Shown: positions 1 to 8,105 of the stretch, one piece after another | Layout of the letters: the number at the start of each line of letters is the position of its first letter | Position numbering within the stretch: position 1 is the stretch's first letter | From: Thermodesulfobacteriota bacterium | GTDB lineage: Bacteria > Desulfobacterota > Binatia > Bin18 | Length of the DNA stretch: 64,000 nucleotides | Assembly (NCBI GenBank): GCA_964291405.2 | Contig: OZ219926.1 | Span: forward strand, 2,112,001 to 2,176,000 | Direction: 5' to 3' | The notes under the pieces: model-generated | What the model was told of the DNA's origin: nothing | Databases searched by the model: none | The model's input: only the letters and a program-made list of their open reading frames with translations | Made by a program: the position numbers and the translations under genes

Positions 1-802
1 GGAAGGTGACCGGACGCTGGCTTTCATCCACCAGGAATTTGAGCAGATCGTATTCGTCGTCCGAGACCTGGCCGACATTGGTCCCGGTCAGGGCCAGCTC
101 AATCGTGCCACGGCCCTCTTCTTTCATGACCTGGCACAAGGCACTCCACTCGGCCCGACTGGCGTTGCGGCAAGCGAGTGGACGGCCCTCAAAGCCGATA
201 TGGTTGTTGAGAATGGTACTGGTCAGGCCGAACGCGCCGGCGTGCATGGCGTTGCGAAACAGCCGTTGCATTTCGCCGATTTCGTCCGGTGTGGCTTCCC
301 GCTCAAACGACTCTTCGCCCATCACATAGTGCCGCAGGGGTGTGAGGGCGGCTAACGAGGCCACGTTGATACCCATCCCGCGTTTTTGTAAGACATCGAG
401 ATATTCGGCGTGGGTTTCCCACTGCCAGTCAATGCCCCGCTCCATAACCTCGAACGGGATCGCTTCGACATTCACCAGGTCCCACATGACAATATCACGG
501 GCTTTGGGTCGAACCGGCGCAACACCCACCCCGCAGTTGCCCATCACCACCGTGGTAATGCCGTGCCAGGAGGAGCAGGTTACCAGAGGGTCCCAGGCGA
601 CTTGGGCATCGTAGTGGGTATGCGGATCAATAAAACCCGGTGCCAGCACCAAGCCGTCGGCATTGATTTTCTTTTGGGCCGCCTCGCCATTACCCTTACC
701 CACCGCGGCAATCAGGCCGTCTTTGACCGCCACATTGCCGTAGAAGCTTTGTGTGCCCGTGCCGTCGCAGATACGGGCGTCTTCAATAATCAGGTCATAC
801 AT
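1..802 (-). CDS. N-acyl-D-amino-acid deacylase family amidohydrolase (3' end runs off the window)
   Basis: Not in the ORF track. Manual translation from ATG at 802 gives MYDLIIEDARICDGTG...GFIDPHTHYDAQVAWDP...VVMGNCG. AGGAGG RBS lies just upstream. Confidence 0.9.
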   Translation of the reverse strand, partial: MYDLIIEDARICDGTGTQSFYGNVAVKDGLIAAVGKGNGEAAQKKINADGLVLAPGFIDPHTHYDAQVAWDPLVTCSSWHGITTVVMGNCGVGVAPVRPKARDIVMWDLVNVEAIPFEVMERGIDWQWETHAEYLDVLQKRGMGINVASLAALTPLRHYVMGEESFEREATPDEIGEMQRLFRNAMHAGAFGLTSTILNNHIGFEGRPLACRNASRAEWSALCQVMKEEGRGTIELALTGTNVGQVSDDEYDLLKFLVDESQRPVTF

Positions 803-825
803 GAACGATTCCTCCTCTTTACCAA

Positions 826-1566
826 TCAACCTAGATCAACCCGGACGCCAGCATCCAGACCCATCGCAACCCGATACCCGCCTTCCTGAGCTGCCTGGAA
901 TTTCTCACACCATTCCGTGATGCTGTCTCGGATCTTCCGCTGTCGTTCGGTTGTGGTGGCGTATCCACGCACCATATCAAAAACGGGCTCGCCATGGGCT
1001 TCGGCCTCACCGGCATGCGCGTAGAAGAATTCAAGGTCGTACCTGGTCAGGCCGTATTTTTCTTTGAGGGCGCGTACTAGGCCCTTCATGGAGTCATCAC
1101 TGCGCGTCTCGCCACCAATCGACATGGCCGCCAGGGTGACGAGGCCGTACTCCTTCCTGCCAAGCTCAATCACCCAGTCAACATAGGCGACCGACTCTTG
1201 GGAAACGACCGGCTGCCGGACCTCATCTTCGGTAGCGCCGAGCGCTTGAGCCAATCGCATGGACAGCATCCAGTGGGCGTCTTCCCCACGACCCATAATC
1301 GTTTCTTCGTCAATCAGATTTTCAACAATATGGCGTCGGATTTTTCGGTCGAGCGGTCCAAGGCCGGTATTCATAAAAATCCCACCAAAGGCCCGGATAT
1401 GCTGACCGGTGACATAAAAGAGGTTGAGCGCCCATTTTTTCAGTTGCGGGCGAGACAGCTCCCCGGCCAGCAGGCCCTGATAGAAGCTAGGGCCAAGCAG
1501 GGGTTTTTCATCTTGGTGTTGGATATAGCCGCGCAAATCAGCCAAAAAGGTATCAACTGTTGCCAT
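826..1566 (-). CDS. Heme-oxygenase-like diiron (PqqC/TenA/CADD-like) redox enzyme
   Basis: Start moved to MATVDT (RBS AGGAG). Helical protein with NLIDEE..DAH, GGE and FFYAHAGEAEAH metal-ligand motifs. Confidence 0.75.
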   Translation of the reverse strand: MATVDTFLADLRGYIQHQDEKPLLGPSFYQGLLAGELSRPQLKKWALNLFYVTGQHIRAFGGIFMNTGLGPLDRKIRRHIVENLIDEETIMGRGEDAHWMLSMRLAQALGATEDEVRQPVVSQESVAYVDWVIELGRKEYGLVTLAAMSIGGETRSDDSMKGLVRALKEKYGLTRYDLEFFYAHAGEAEAHGEPVFDMVRGYATTTERQRKIRDSITEWCEKFQAAQEGGYRVAMGLDAGVRVDLG

Positions 1567-1639
1567 GGACCCCCTCCTTCTCTCGTCATTATGCATCCCT
1601 TTGCAGGAGAGCCGCGCAAGAGACCGCCGGGTGCGCTGA

Positions 1640-1695
1640 GGGGGCTTGTAAGAGCCCCCGTAGAAATGTTTCCCGCCACGGACAACGGCTCTACG
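1640..1695. repeat. GC hairpin plus REP-like palindrome between the smr and HDO genes
   Basis: GGGGGCT-tgtaag-AGCCCCC (1640-1659), followed by the imperfect palindrome CGTAGA...TCTACG (1659-1695). Confidence 0.35.
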
Positions 1696-1975
1696 GTTCA
1701 CGGCTTCCCGCCGGGTCTACCCGTGATGGGTCGAGGCGAACAATGGTCGCGCCCCAACCGCCCCCCCCCATTGGCGCATCAGCAAAGTCTTTCACATAGG
1801 GCAGACGAGCAAGCAGTGAACGAATATTCTCGCGCTGAATCCCTTTGCCTTTGCCGTGGATGAGGCGCACCTGGGTAAACCCTGCGCTGCAACACTCGCG
1901 TAAATATTCCTCGACGATGCTCCTGATTTCCTTGGGCGCAAAAGGATGGAGGTCAATCACATCCTCAATGGGCAT
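1691..1975 (-). CDS. Smr/MutS2 C-terminal domain protein (native start possibly lost)
   Basis: IDLH...LIHGKGKG...GGWGAT Smr motifs. The frame stays open upstream (TDISASGELDDSPFPDPIV) but has no start codon before the repeat junction near 2024. Confidence 0.88.
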   Translation of the reverse strand: MPIEDVIDLHPFAPKEIRSIVEEYLRECCSAGFTQVRLIHGKGKGIQRENIRSLLARLPYVKDFADAPMGGGGWGATIVRLDPSRVDPAGSREP

Positions 1976-2023
1976 GACAATAGGGTCGGGGAAGGGGCTG
2001 TCGTCGAGTTCTCCCGAGGCGGA

Positions 2024-2415
2024 GATGTCGGTGAGGAATATTCAAAGAAACGATATTCGATCCTTCTACGGTCGTTGCAGGAATCCGTTACTCTCCATTG
2101 TATGCTCGCGGGCGCTCTGTAAACGTAATTTGGGTCCCTCTCGCATTGCCACACGCAGCTCTGGAACAACGGACTTGGCATCTGTCAATCGCGCTTGCCG
2201 GGGATTTTGGTTGTGAAAAAAAGCTGAGTCCAGTGGCGGGGACCCTTTTACTTTGCTGCTTACAAGCGGCAGGTAGTCCCCTCCCCACCGTTATGGGTCC
2301 TCTGGATTATCATCCTGATTGATAGCTTCCGTCCTTGGGCTGGCACGACATGGTATAATGAAAACTGTCTGCTGCCGTTCTCTGGGCAATCCCCTTGGCG
2401 AAAAGTTATTTGTTG
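2024..2415 (-). repeat. Copy 1 of a degenerate direct repeat (fragment of a Cys-rich extracellular protein gene)
   Basis: Near-identical blocks shared with 3126-3462 (e.g. CATTGTATGCTCGCGGGCGCTCTGTAAACGTAATTTGGGTCCCTC), with different indels. The minus strand encodes SIQWRVTDSCNDRRRIEYRFFEY. Confidence 0.85.
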
Positions 2416-2479
2416 AGAGCGAAGCAAGAATATACCGGCAGAGTAATCCCACCCTTCGCGTTGTCTTTTTTTTGCAGGT

Positions 2480-2775
2480 AACGGACTAAGGCGATGGCCG
2501 CCCCACGATCGTGCTGGTAATGGTCAGAATGGCCACGGCCATAAACCTGTACATGCCCTGAAAGCCTTTCGCCTTGTCCTCCCGCAAGGTCGCCATATCG
2601 CTCTTTAACTCGGCCTTGACTTCGGCAAGCTTGGTCCTGACTTCGACAATCTCCGTTCGGCCTTAGCTTCGGTGAGGTCGGTGACTGCCGGCGGTCTCCA
2701 AGCCGGCTTGGACTTCAGCCAAGTCGGCCTTGGTTGCCACATTTGCGCCCACGGCCTCACCGACCGTCTCCACCG
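2480..2775 (-). pseudogene. Frameshifted DUF1640/CCDC90-like coiled-coil membrane protein relic
   Basis: Pieces in different frames: VATKADLAEVQAGL / TEIVEVRTKLAEVKAELKSDMATLRED / hydrophobic tail MAVAILTITSTIVG-AIALVR. No start codon. Confidence 0.6.
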
Positions 2776-2921
2776 ACGGCGGCTTGAAGCGCCTTGACGG
2801 CTTTCTTGTCCCAGGGTGCATACGCTTTCTATTACGGCACGCGGCCCGGCCCGTCAACGGTGTATATCCGGTCCGTGGCGCTCGGAACCCTTTCGGCTTG
2901 CGGCTCAGCCGCTCTCTATCC

Positions 2922-3990
2922 TCAGCATCCTGCGCGATAACTAACATTCACCTGTTGACATATCTGGCAACATCTCTCACAACCTTGGTCGCCGTCGAAT
3001 CCGACGCCCCAGTACGAACTCGAAACATACATTCCTACCGGGGGTACAACTGTGGGACTGTTCTATCAAACCCGGGTGTGTAGTAATATTGGTTCCCTCC
3101 AGGCCATGTTCCTGTCACTGTCCCGGATGTCGGTGAGGAATATTCGAAACGATATTCATCCTTCTACGGTCGTGCAGGAATCCGTTACTCAAGCCATTGT
3201 ATGCTCGCGGGCGCTCTGTAAACGTAATTTGGGTCCCTCACGCATTGCCACACGCAGCTCTGGGTGTTTGGTGCGCCTGAATGAGACAGCGGACTTGGCA
3301 TTGTCAATCGCGCTTGCCGGGCCATTTTGGTTGTCCCGCAGCTAGTCCAGTGGCGGGGACCCTTTTACTTTGCTGCTTACAAGCGGCAGGTATCTCAAGT
3401 CGTTGTCCCCTCCCCATCGTCCTTGGCTCAAACCAATCCCCTTGGCCAAAAGTTATTTGTTGGGCACTGCGGTTCTCGCCACAATCCCCTTGTCCCCTGA
3501 CCTATCACGGTCACATTTAGCGACAGTGTGCTTGCGGTGGAGCCGCTCCGGGCTTCGCCGTAGTGAGCCGGCAAGCCGTACCGCGCCCCTACGTCATTGG
3601 CACACACGAGGCCAGAAGCACACTGGCCGGGGTCGCAATCCCCTTGCCCCGCGCTACACGGGCCATAGTCCCGACAGTAGTCCGCGTGGCCAGGCTGCCC
3701 CCGCCCGTCGCCGCTCCGGGCTTCGCACACATCGTAGTTGAGCCGGATATCCGTACCTTGCCCCCACGTCATTACTGAGGCCGGCCTGGCACTCGCTGTT
3801 AAGTCGCAAATTGCCCCCGACACGGGCCAAAGTCCCGACAGGTAGTCCGGTGCTTCGCACACATCCACGGCTAGGATAATATGCGCCCGACGCGCCCACA
3901 TCGCAATCGTTGGGATCCGGTAGCTACCCACTACGTCATTCGGCTGCGAGCACCATCGCCAGAAGCCATGGCGCAGGTGCCACTTCTCCC
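2922..3990 (-). pseudogene. Degraded Cys-rich extracellular repeat protein
   Basis: Multi-frame fragments: DYCRD(Y/F)GPC..GQGDCD..C..GL.C.NDVGARYG repeats, LSLNVTVIGQGT..WGGD (InlB B-repeat-like), TWPGGNQYYYT, SCTPGRNVCF, and YWGVGFDGDQGCERCCQIC...GC ending at a TGA at 2922. Confidence 0.7.
3126..3462 (-). repeat. Copy 2 of the degenerate direct repeat
   Basis: Aligns by eye to 2024-2415 from GATGTCGGTGAGGAATATTC to AAAAGTTATTTGTTG. Confidence 0.85.
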
Positions 3991-4579
3991 GGGCTACCGA
4001 CCAGCGTACTTCTTCTTCTTTGAAGAAGAGGGCCCCGCGTTTTTTACGCGGCAGACGGTCGGCTATGCGTGGATAGCGCTGTTGCGCGGTCGTGAAGACC
4101 TCCCGTAGGATGCTGCGCGACTCAACAGACAAATCCGTATGGATGATGGTCAGGATATACTGGTGCTCAAGCAGGTGGGTAGTGAGCGCTTCGACCAGGG
4201 CAATGGCATCCTCATCCTGTCCATCTGCGGCCTGTGGAAGCGCCTGCTCGGCCCGGTCGATATAATACCAATAGTGCTCCAATGCGACCTGGGCAGCGTC
4301 TGTATCCTGGACGGTCAGCATAGCTTCGACTTCTGCCAGTTTTTCCCGGGCAAAACCGAGCGAGAGATCAACGACCTGCTGGGCGGTCGTGGCCAGCCAG
4401 AGTTGCCCCGCTTCGGACCAGGAGTCGAGTTGATACCCCACTGTGTCCGGTGTACGGCCGGGTTCCGGCAACCATTCGATATCACCAAAGGTCGTGACGA
4501 AACCGTGGCCGGCTACTGCCGGGGACGAAACGAGCAGAAAGCAAACGAGCAGACCGTTTTGAAGGGAGTGGGATTTCAC
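3428..4579 (-). CDS. Secreted DUF5667-like protein with its C-terminus fused to the Cys-rich relic
   Basis: Signal peptide, then LPEPGRTPD..YQLD.WSE..FAREKLAEV (DUF5667-like). After ...EEVRWSV (near 3995) the frame runs into repeat-derived sequence. Confidence 0.6.
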   Translation of the reverse strand: MKSHSLQNGLLVCFLLVSSPAVAGHGFVTTFGDIEWLPEPGRTPDTVGYQLDSWSEAGQLWLATTAQQVVDLSLGFAREKLAEVEAMLTVQDTDAAQVALEHYWYYIDRAEQALPQAADGQDEDAIALVEALTTHLLEHQYILTIIHTDLSVESRSILREVFTTAQQRYPRIADRLPRKKRGALFFKEEEVRWSVAREKWHLRHGFWRWCSQPNDVVGSYRIPTIAMWARRAHIILAVDVCEAPDYLSGLWPVSGAICDLTASARPASVMTWGQGTDIRLNYDVCEARSGDGRGQPGHADYCRDYGPCSAGQGDCDPGQCASGLVCANDVGARYGLPAHYGEARSGSTASTLSLNVTVIGQGTRGLWREPQCPTNNFWPRGLV

Positions 4580-5640
4580 GAGAGATCCTGCCTATTGGGT
4601 GTGATGGGTCGTGCGGATTCTTGCAGGATGGAATGAATCGTTGTATCCGCGTCGTCCGTGTACTCGGCAACCGTGACCAGAAAATCAACCGGCAGATACT
4701 CTCCGTTGGGCGCCAACTCCAGGAAGACTTTATACACGCCGGCGGTGGGGAAGACGTGATGCAGCGGCACGTCCGGGCCAAAATACTCCTGCTTTGCCGG
4801 ACGGCTCATGAGCTGGACCATGAGCCGGGCCATCTGGTCTGACGACATGCTGTGACCACGCATACCTTCCATAAAACGGGCCATCTCCGCTGTGTAGGTG
4901 TGCTGATGGCCGAAATGCTCACCGTCCAGGCGCCAGCTTGCCATATGGACTTCGGTGCCGAGATAGAGACCCAAATTTCTGACCGGGACCCCCTCTGCGG
5001 AGGTGAGGTGACACACAATCTCTACCTCGTGGCCAGCAATGGGTGGAGAGGGCGAAGTGCGTAAGGCAACGCGATACGCACCAAACTGTTTTTCCTGACG
5101 GAAATCAGGCTCGGGCGACGGGCCGGACTCTCCCGTGACGGTGACAGTGAAGTGTTTGGTCCAGCTTCTATCCTTATGGGTAAACTCATTGACAATGAGA
5201 TACTGCCCCGCCTTGGGAAACGTATAGGGAAAATGAAACCGAGCACGCTGGAGGTCCTGGTCAGTGAGCGGAATATAGTCCTCATGGTGGGTGTGGGCAA
5301 ATATGGATAAATCACGGCTCACGATAAAGGTGTGGAGGGCTCGTTCGTGTAATATTTGCAGGTCAGAAACCGATCGTTGTGTCTTGGTATGGGTCAGGTG
5401 AAAGGTCAGAGTTGTTTCCTGGCCAGCCTGCGGGAGCGTTGATCCAAGGTCCAGTATCAGCTGATATGGCCCGGCCGGCCGGGCCACGAGTCGGGTGTCT
5501 TCGCTACCCCAACATCCACTCAGGCCGTGCAGCAAGAGACCCAGCACTCCGCTCCAGAGCACAACGTCCAGCCACGATCCTGTTCTGAGCCAAGTCGAAG
5601 AGGAAGGGTCTGGTGTGGACTGGGAAACCATCTTCATCAC
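4576..5640 (-). CDS. His/Met-rich putative heavy-metal (Cu) binding lipoprotein
   Basis: Lipobox-like LSGC, two His clusters (HERALH..FAHTHHED; EVHM..HFGHQH) and a Met-rich insert. Overlaps the next gene by 4 nt. Confidence 0.65.
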   Translation of the reverse strand: MMKMVSQSTPDPSSSTWLRTGSWLDVVLWSGVLGLLLHGLSGCWGSEDTRLVARPAGPYQLILDLGSTLPQAGQETTLTFHLTHTKTQRSVSDLQILHERALHTFIVSRDLSIFAHTHHEDYIPLTDQDLQRARFHFPYTFPKAGQYLIVNEFTHKDRSWTKHFTVTVTGESGPSPEPDFRQEKQFGAYRVALRTSPSPPIAGHEVEIVCHLTSAEGVPVRNLGLYLGTEVHMASWRLDGEHFGHQHTYTAEMARFMEGMRGHSMSSDQMARLMVQLMSRPAKQEYFGPDVPLHHVFPTAGVYKVFLELAPNGEYLPVDFLVTVAEYTDDADTTIHSILQESARPITPNRQDLS

Positions 5641-5723
5641 CGCTACAGTATAAAAAAATTGAGTATTTGTCGATGTTTAGCGCACTATTGAGGTTCTTGC
5701 TTTTCTGTAGCCATTACTCTATA

Positions 5724-5784
5724 CCGAGAGAAGCCTTCGGGGGTACACGTCTCTTCTCGCCGAGAAGAGCATAAGGCTTTTCGG
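5724..5784 (+). promoter_or_regulatory. Nested inverted repeats in the leader of the ferritin-like gene
   Basis: Perfect CTCTTCTCG-c-CGAGAAGAG (5751-5769) enclosed by AGAAGCCTT/AAGGCTTTT (5729-5737 and 5773-5781). Confidence 0.4.
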
Positions 5785-5802
5785 GTGGAAGGTGCACATA
5801 CT

Positions 5803-6372
5803 ATGTCTATAGATTCGCGGATGATTCATTTATACAGCTATTACCGTGACGCCGAACTACGGGGTGCAACGCTACTCTTAAAACTGACCATGCGCGTCGA
5901 AAACATTGAGGCTCAAGTCAAATTATCTCGGCATCTGGCTGACGAAACTCGCCACGCCTGGTTGTGGACGAAACGTATTACCGACCTGGGGTATGAACCG
6001 GTCCACGTTGATGATGGCTACCAAACCCGCATTGGTAGAGCGGTTGGCATTCCTCGCTCGTTGATTGACCTCTTCGCGCTCACGGTCGTGGTCGAAGAGC
6101 GCGCTCAGCGCCGGTATCTTGAACATGCCAAACGGACAGATGTCGATCCCGAGACGCTCGCCATCCTGCACGAAGTCACCAAAGACGAGAAATGGCATAT
6201 CGGCTGGATCAAAAACGAGCTGAAAGAGATGGCGAGAGCAAACGGTGGGGAAGGAAAGATGCGGGAAACCCTGCAACGCTACCGGGATATTGATCGACAG
6301 GTCGTTGCCGACTTGGTGGCAAAGGAACGGGAAGTGTTTGGCTTTTCGTTTTCTGATGCCCCAGCAGCGTAG
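5803..6372 (+). CDS. Ferritin-like diiron carboxylate protein
   Basis: Ligand pattern E (DAELRG), DETRH, E (VVEERA), DEKWH. Confidence 0.8.
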   Translation: MSIDSRMIHLYSYYRDAELRGATLLLKLTMRVENIEAQVKLSRHLADETRHAWLWTKRITDLGYEPVHVDDGYQTRIGRAVGIPRSLIDLFALTVVVEERAQRRYLEHAKRTDVDPETLAILHEVTKDEKWHIGWIKNELKEMARANGGEGKMRETLQRYRDIDRQVVADLVAKEREVFGFSFSDAPAA

Positions 6373-6398
6373 TCATCAGTCCAGTCTCTCTCGGAGTC

Positions 6399-7424
6399 AT
6401 GCCAGAAGGGATCAGAGGCGCGGTCCACGATAGCGCTGAGCCTGCCCCCGCTGTTCCGCAACAGGACCGGCCCCGTCGCAAAAAACGTATCCGGCCGGCG
6501 CGTGAAAAAAAGCATCTGCTTGCTCGGATCGAGTATGTCTTGTTCCTGTCCCTCTTCGCCTTCTTTCGAGCCTTGCCCTTTCGCCTCGCGTTTCGGATGG
6601 GGGAAGGGATTGGCACCCTTCTCTATTGGATAGATCGGCCGCATCGTCGGGTGGGGTTAACGAATCTGGCCCTGGCCTTTCCGACCAAGGCCAAAGCGGA
6701 ACGACACCGTATCCTGCGGGAAAGTTTCCGCAATCTTGGCCGCTTGCTGGCTGAATTCTGCCATCTGCGTTCTCTCACACCAGAGAATATCCACAAGCGG
6801 GTGCAGTTTGAGAACGAAGTCGAATGGCGTCAGCTTGTTGACAACCTACGCGCTACTGGTGCCCTGATTCTCACCGGACATTTTGGTAACTGGGAACTCT
6901 TCGCCCATGCGGCTGCGTGTTACGGACTCCCCATACACATCATCCATCGCCGTTTGCGCAACGTCTTTATTGAAAAAGTGTTGACCACCGAGCGCGAACG
7001 GTGCGGGACTAAAGTGATTAAGAAAACGACTGCCGGGATTGAGGTCTTCCGGGCGATTAAGAAAAAGAGTGCGGTTGTTGCTGCAGTTGATCAAAACGCC
7101 TCTGGGCGGATGGGTGTGTTTGTGCCGTTTTTTTCACGCCTGGCCTCAACCTCAGCCGGCCTTGCCGGCTTGGCTCTGACAACAGGTGTCCCGGTTGTTC
7201 CGGCTTTTCTGGTTCGGGAAAACGGCTCGTGCCAGCATAAGATCGTGATCTTACCGTTGATCGAGCCAATCCGGACTGGTAACCAGGAAGAAGATATTCG
7301 CGCCACGACCGCAAAATTCACCGCCATATTTCAGGATATGGTCGAGCGCTACCCAGACCACTGGCTGTGGATACACAAGCGCTGGAAGCGTCGTCCTGAT
7401 GGTGACGCCCCCGTTTATCGCTAG
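6399..7424 (+). CDS. lpxL: Lipid A biosynthesis lauroyl/palmitoleoyl acyltransferase (LpxL/HtrB family)
   Basis: TGHFGNWE, DQ, VPFF and YPDHWLWIHKRWK motifs. Confidence 0.88.
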   Translation: MPEGIRGAVHDSAEPAPAVPQQDRPRRKKRIRPAREKKHLLARIEYVLFLSLFAFFRALPFRLAFRMGEGIGTLLYWIDRPHRRVGLTNLALAFPTKAKAERHRILRESFRNLGRLLAEFCHLRSLTPENIHKRVQFENEVEWRQLVDNLRATGALILTGHFGNWELFAHAAACYGLPIHIIHRRLRNVFIEKVLTTERERCGTKVIKKTTAGIEVFRAIKKKSAVVAAVDQNASGRMGVFVPFFSRLASTSAGLAGLALTTGVPVVPAFLVRENGSCQHKIVILPLIEPIRTGNQEEDIRATTAKFTAIFQDMVERYPDHWLWIHKRWKRRPDGDAPVYR

Positions 7425-7444
7425 ACGCGCGCATGGAGGAAAAA

Positions 7445-7597
7445 ATGAAGAGGAGCCACGCCGGGCTCAGCGCCCTTGATATTTTGATTACGGTGCTTGT
7501 TCTGTCTGTCCTCTTGTTAGCGGCCGCCTATCAATTTGGCGCTTATGACGGATTATCCGCTCAACCCACAGCCCAATCGGACGAAACGCAAGAATAG
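7445..7597 (+). CDS. Small (50 aa) membrane protein with a pilin-like N-terminus
   Basis: Not in the ORF track. GGAGG RBS at 7435; MKRSHAG-LSALDILITVLVLSVLLLAAAYQF... Confidence 0.6.
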   Translation: MKRSHAGLSALDILITVLVLSVLLLAAAYQFGAYDGLSAQPTAQSDETQE

Positions 7598-7652
7598 AGA
7601 CGCTGGCCCGGCGTCCCTGCCGGAGCCGGGCGTACACGTCCGTCTCGCTGGT

Positions 7653-8105
7653 CTACGGTTCAACCTGCTGCAATTCGACCTGAGAGGAAGCCAGCAACTC
7701 CTGTACGGTGTGGAGCTTATACGCCCTCTCGTAGAAGATGCGTCGGATACCGGTATTCACCAGCACCTTGAGACAATGGATACACGGGGTGTGGGTGACA
7801 TAGATATCTGCCCCACTGATATTGGTGCCGTTCTTTGCGGCTTGGGCAATGGCATTGATCTCCGCATGGATGGTCCGGTAGCAGTTCTGCTCGATCTCTC
7901 CGGTCGGCGTTTTTGATTCGTAAATCAGGCAGCCAACCTCGGTGCAGTGAGGCTGTCCGGCTGGTGCACCGTTATAGCCCGTAGTCAGAATATTCCGCTC
8001 GCGGACAATAACCGCGCCAACTTTGGCGCGTTCACAGGTCGAACGCTCGGCCACTTGGCGCGTGATGGTCATGAAATATTGATCCCAGGAAAGGCGCTCG
8101 GTCAT
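7653..8105 (-). CDS. dCMP deaminase (ComEB family)
   Basis: SWDQYF, RSTC, GYNG, HAEINA, PCIHC motifs. Start set at MTERL. Confidence 0.92.
   Translation of the reverse strand: MTERLSWDQYFMTITRQVAERSTCERAKVGAVIVRERNILTTGYNGAPAGQPHCTEVGCLIYESKTPTGEIEQNCYRTIHAEINAIAQAAKNGTNISGADIYVTHTPCIHCLKVLVNTGIRRIFYERAYKLHTVQELLASSQVELQQVEP

Noticed and set aside
826-1566. pqqC gene call
   Set aside because: No other pqq genes are present, and the protein shows diiron-type ligands rather than a PqqC signature I can recognise.
2024-3462. Duplicated region read as a large structured ncRNA, intron, or DGR template/variable repeat
   Set aside because: Differences are indels rather than adenine-specific substitutions, there is no reverse transcriptase in the window, and the minus strand shows protein-coding remnants.
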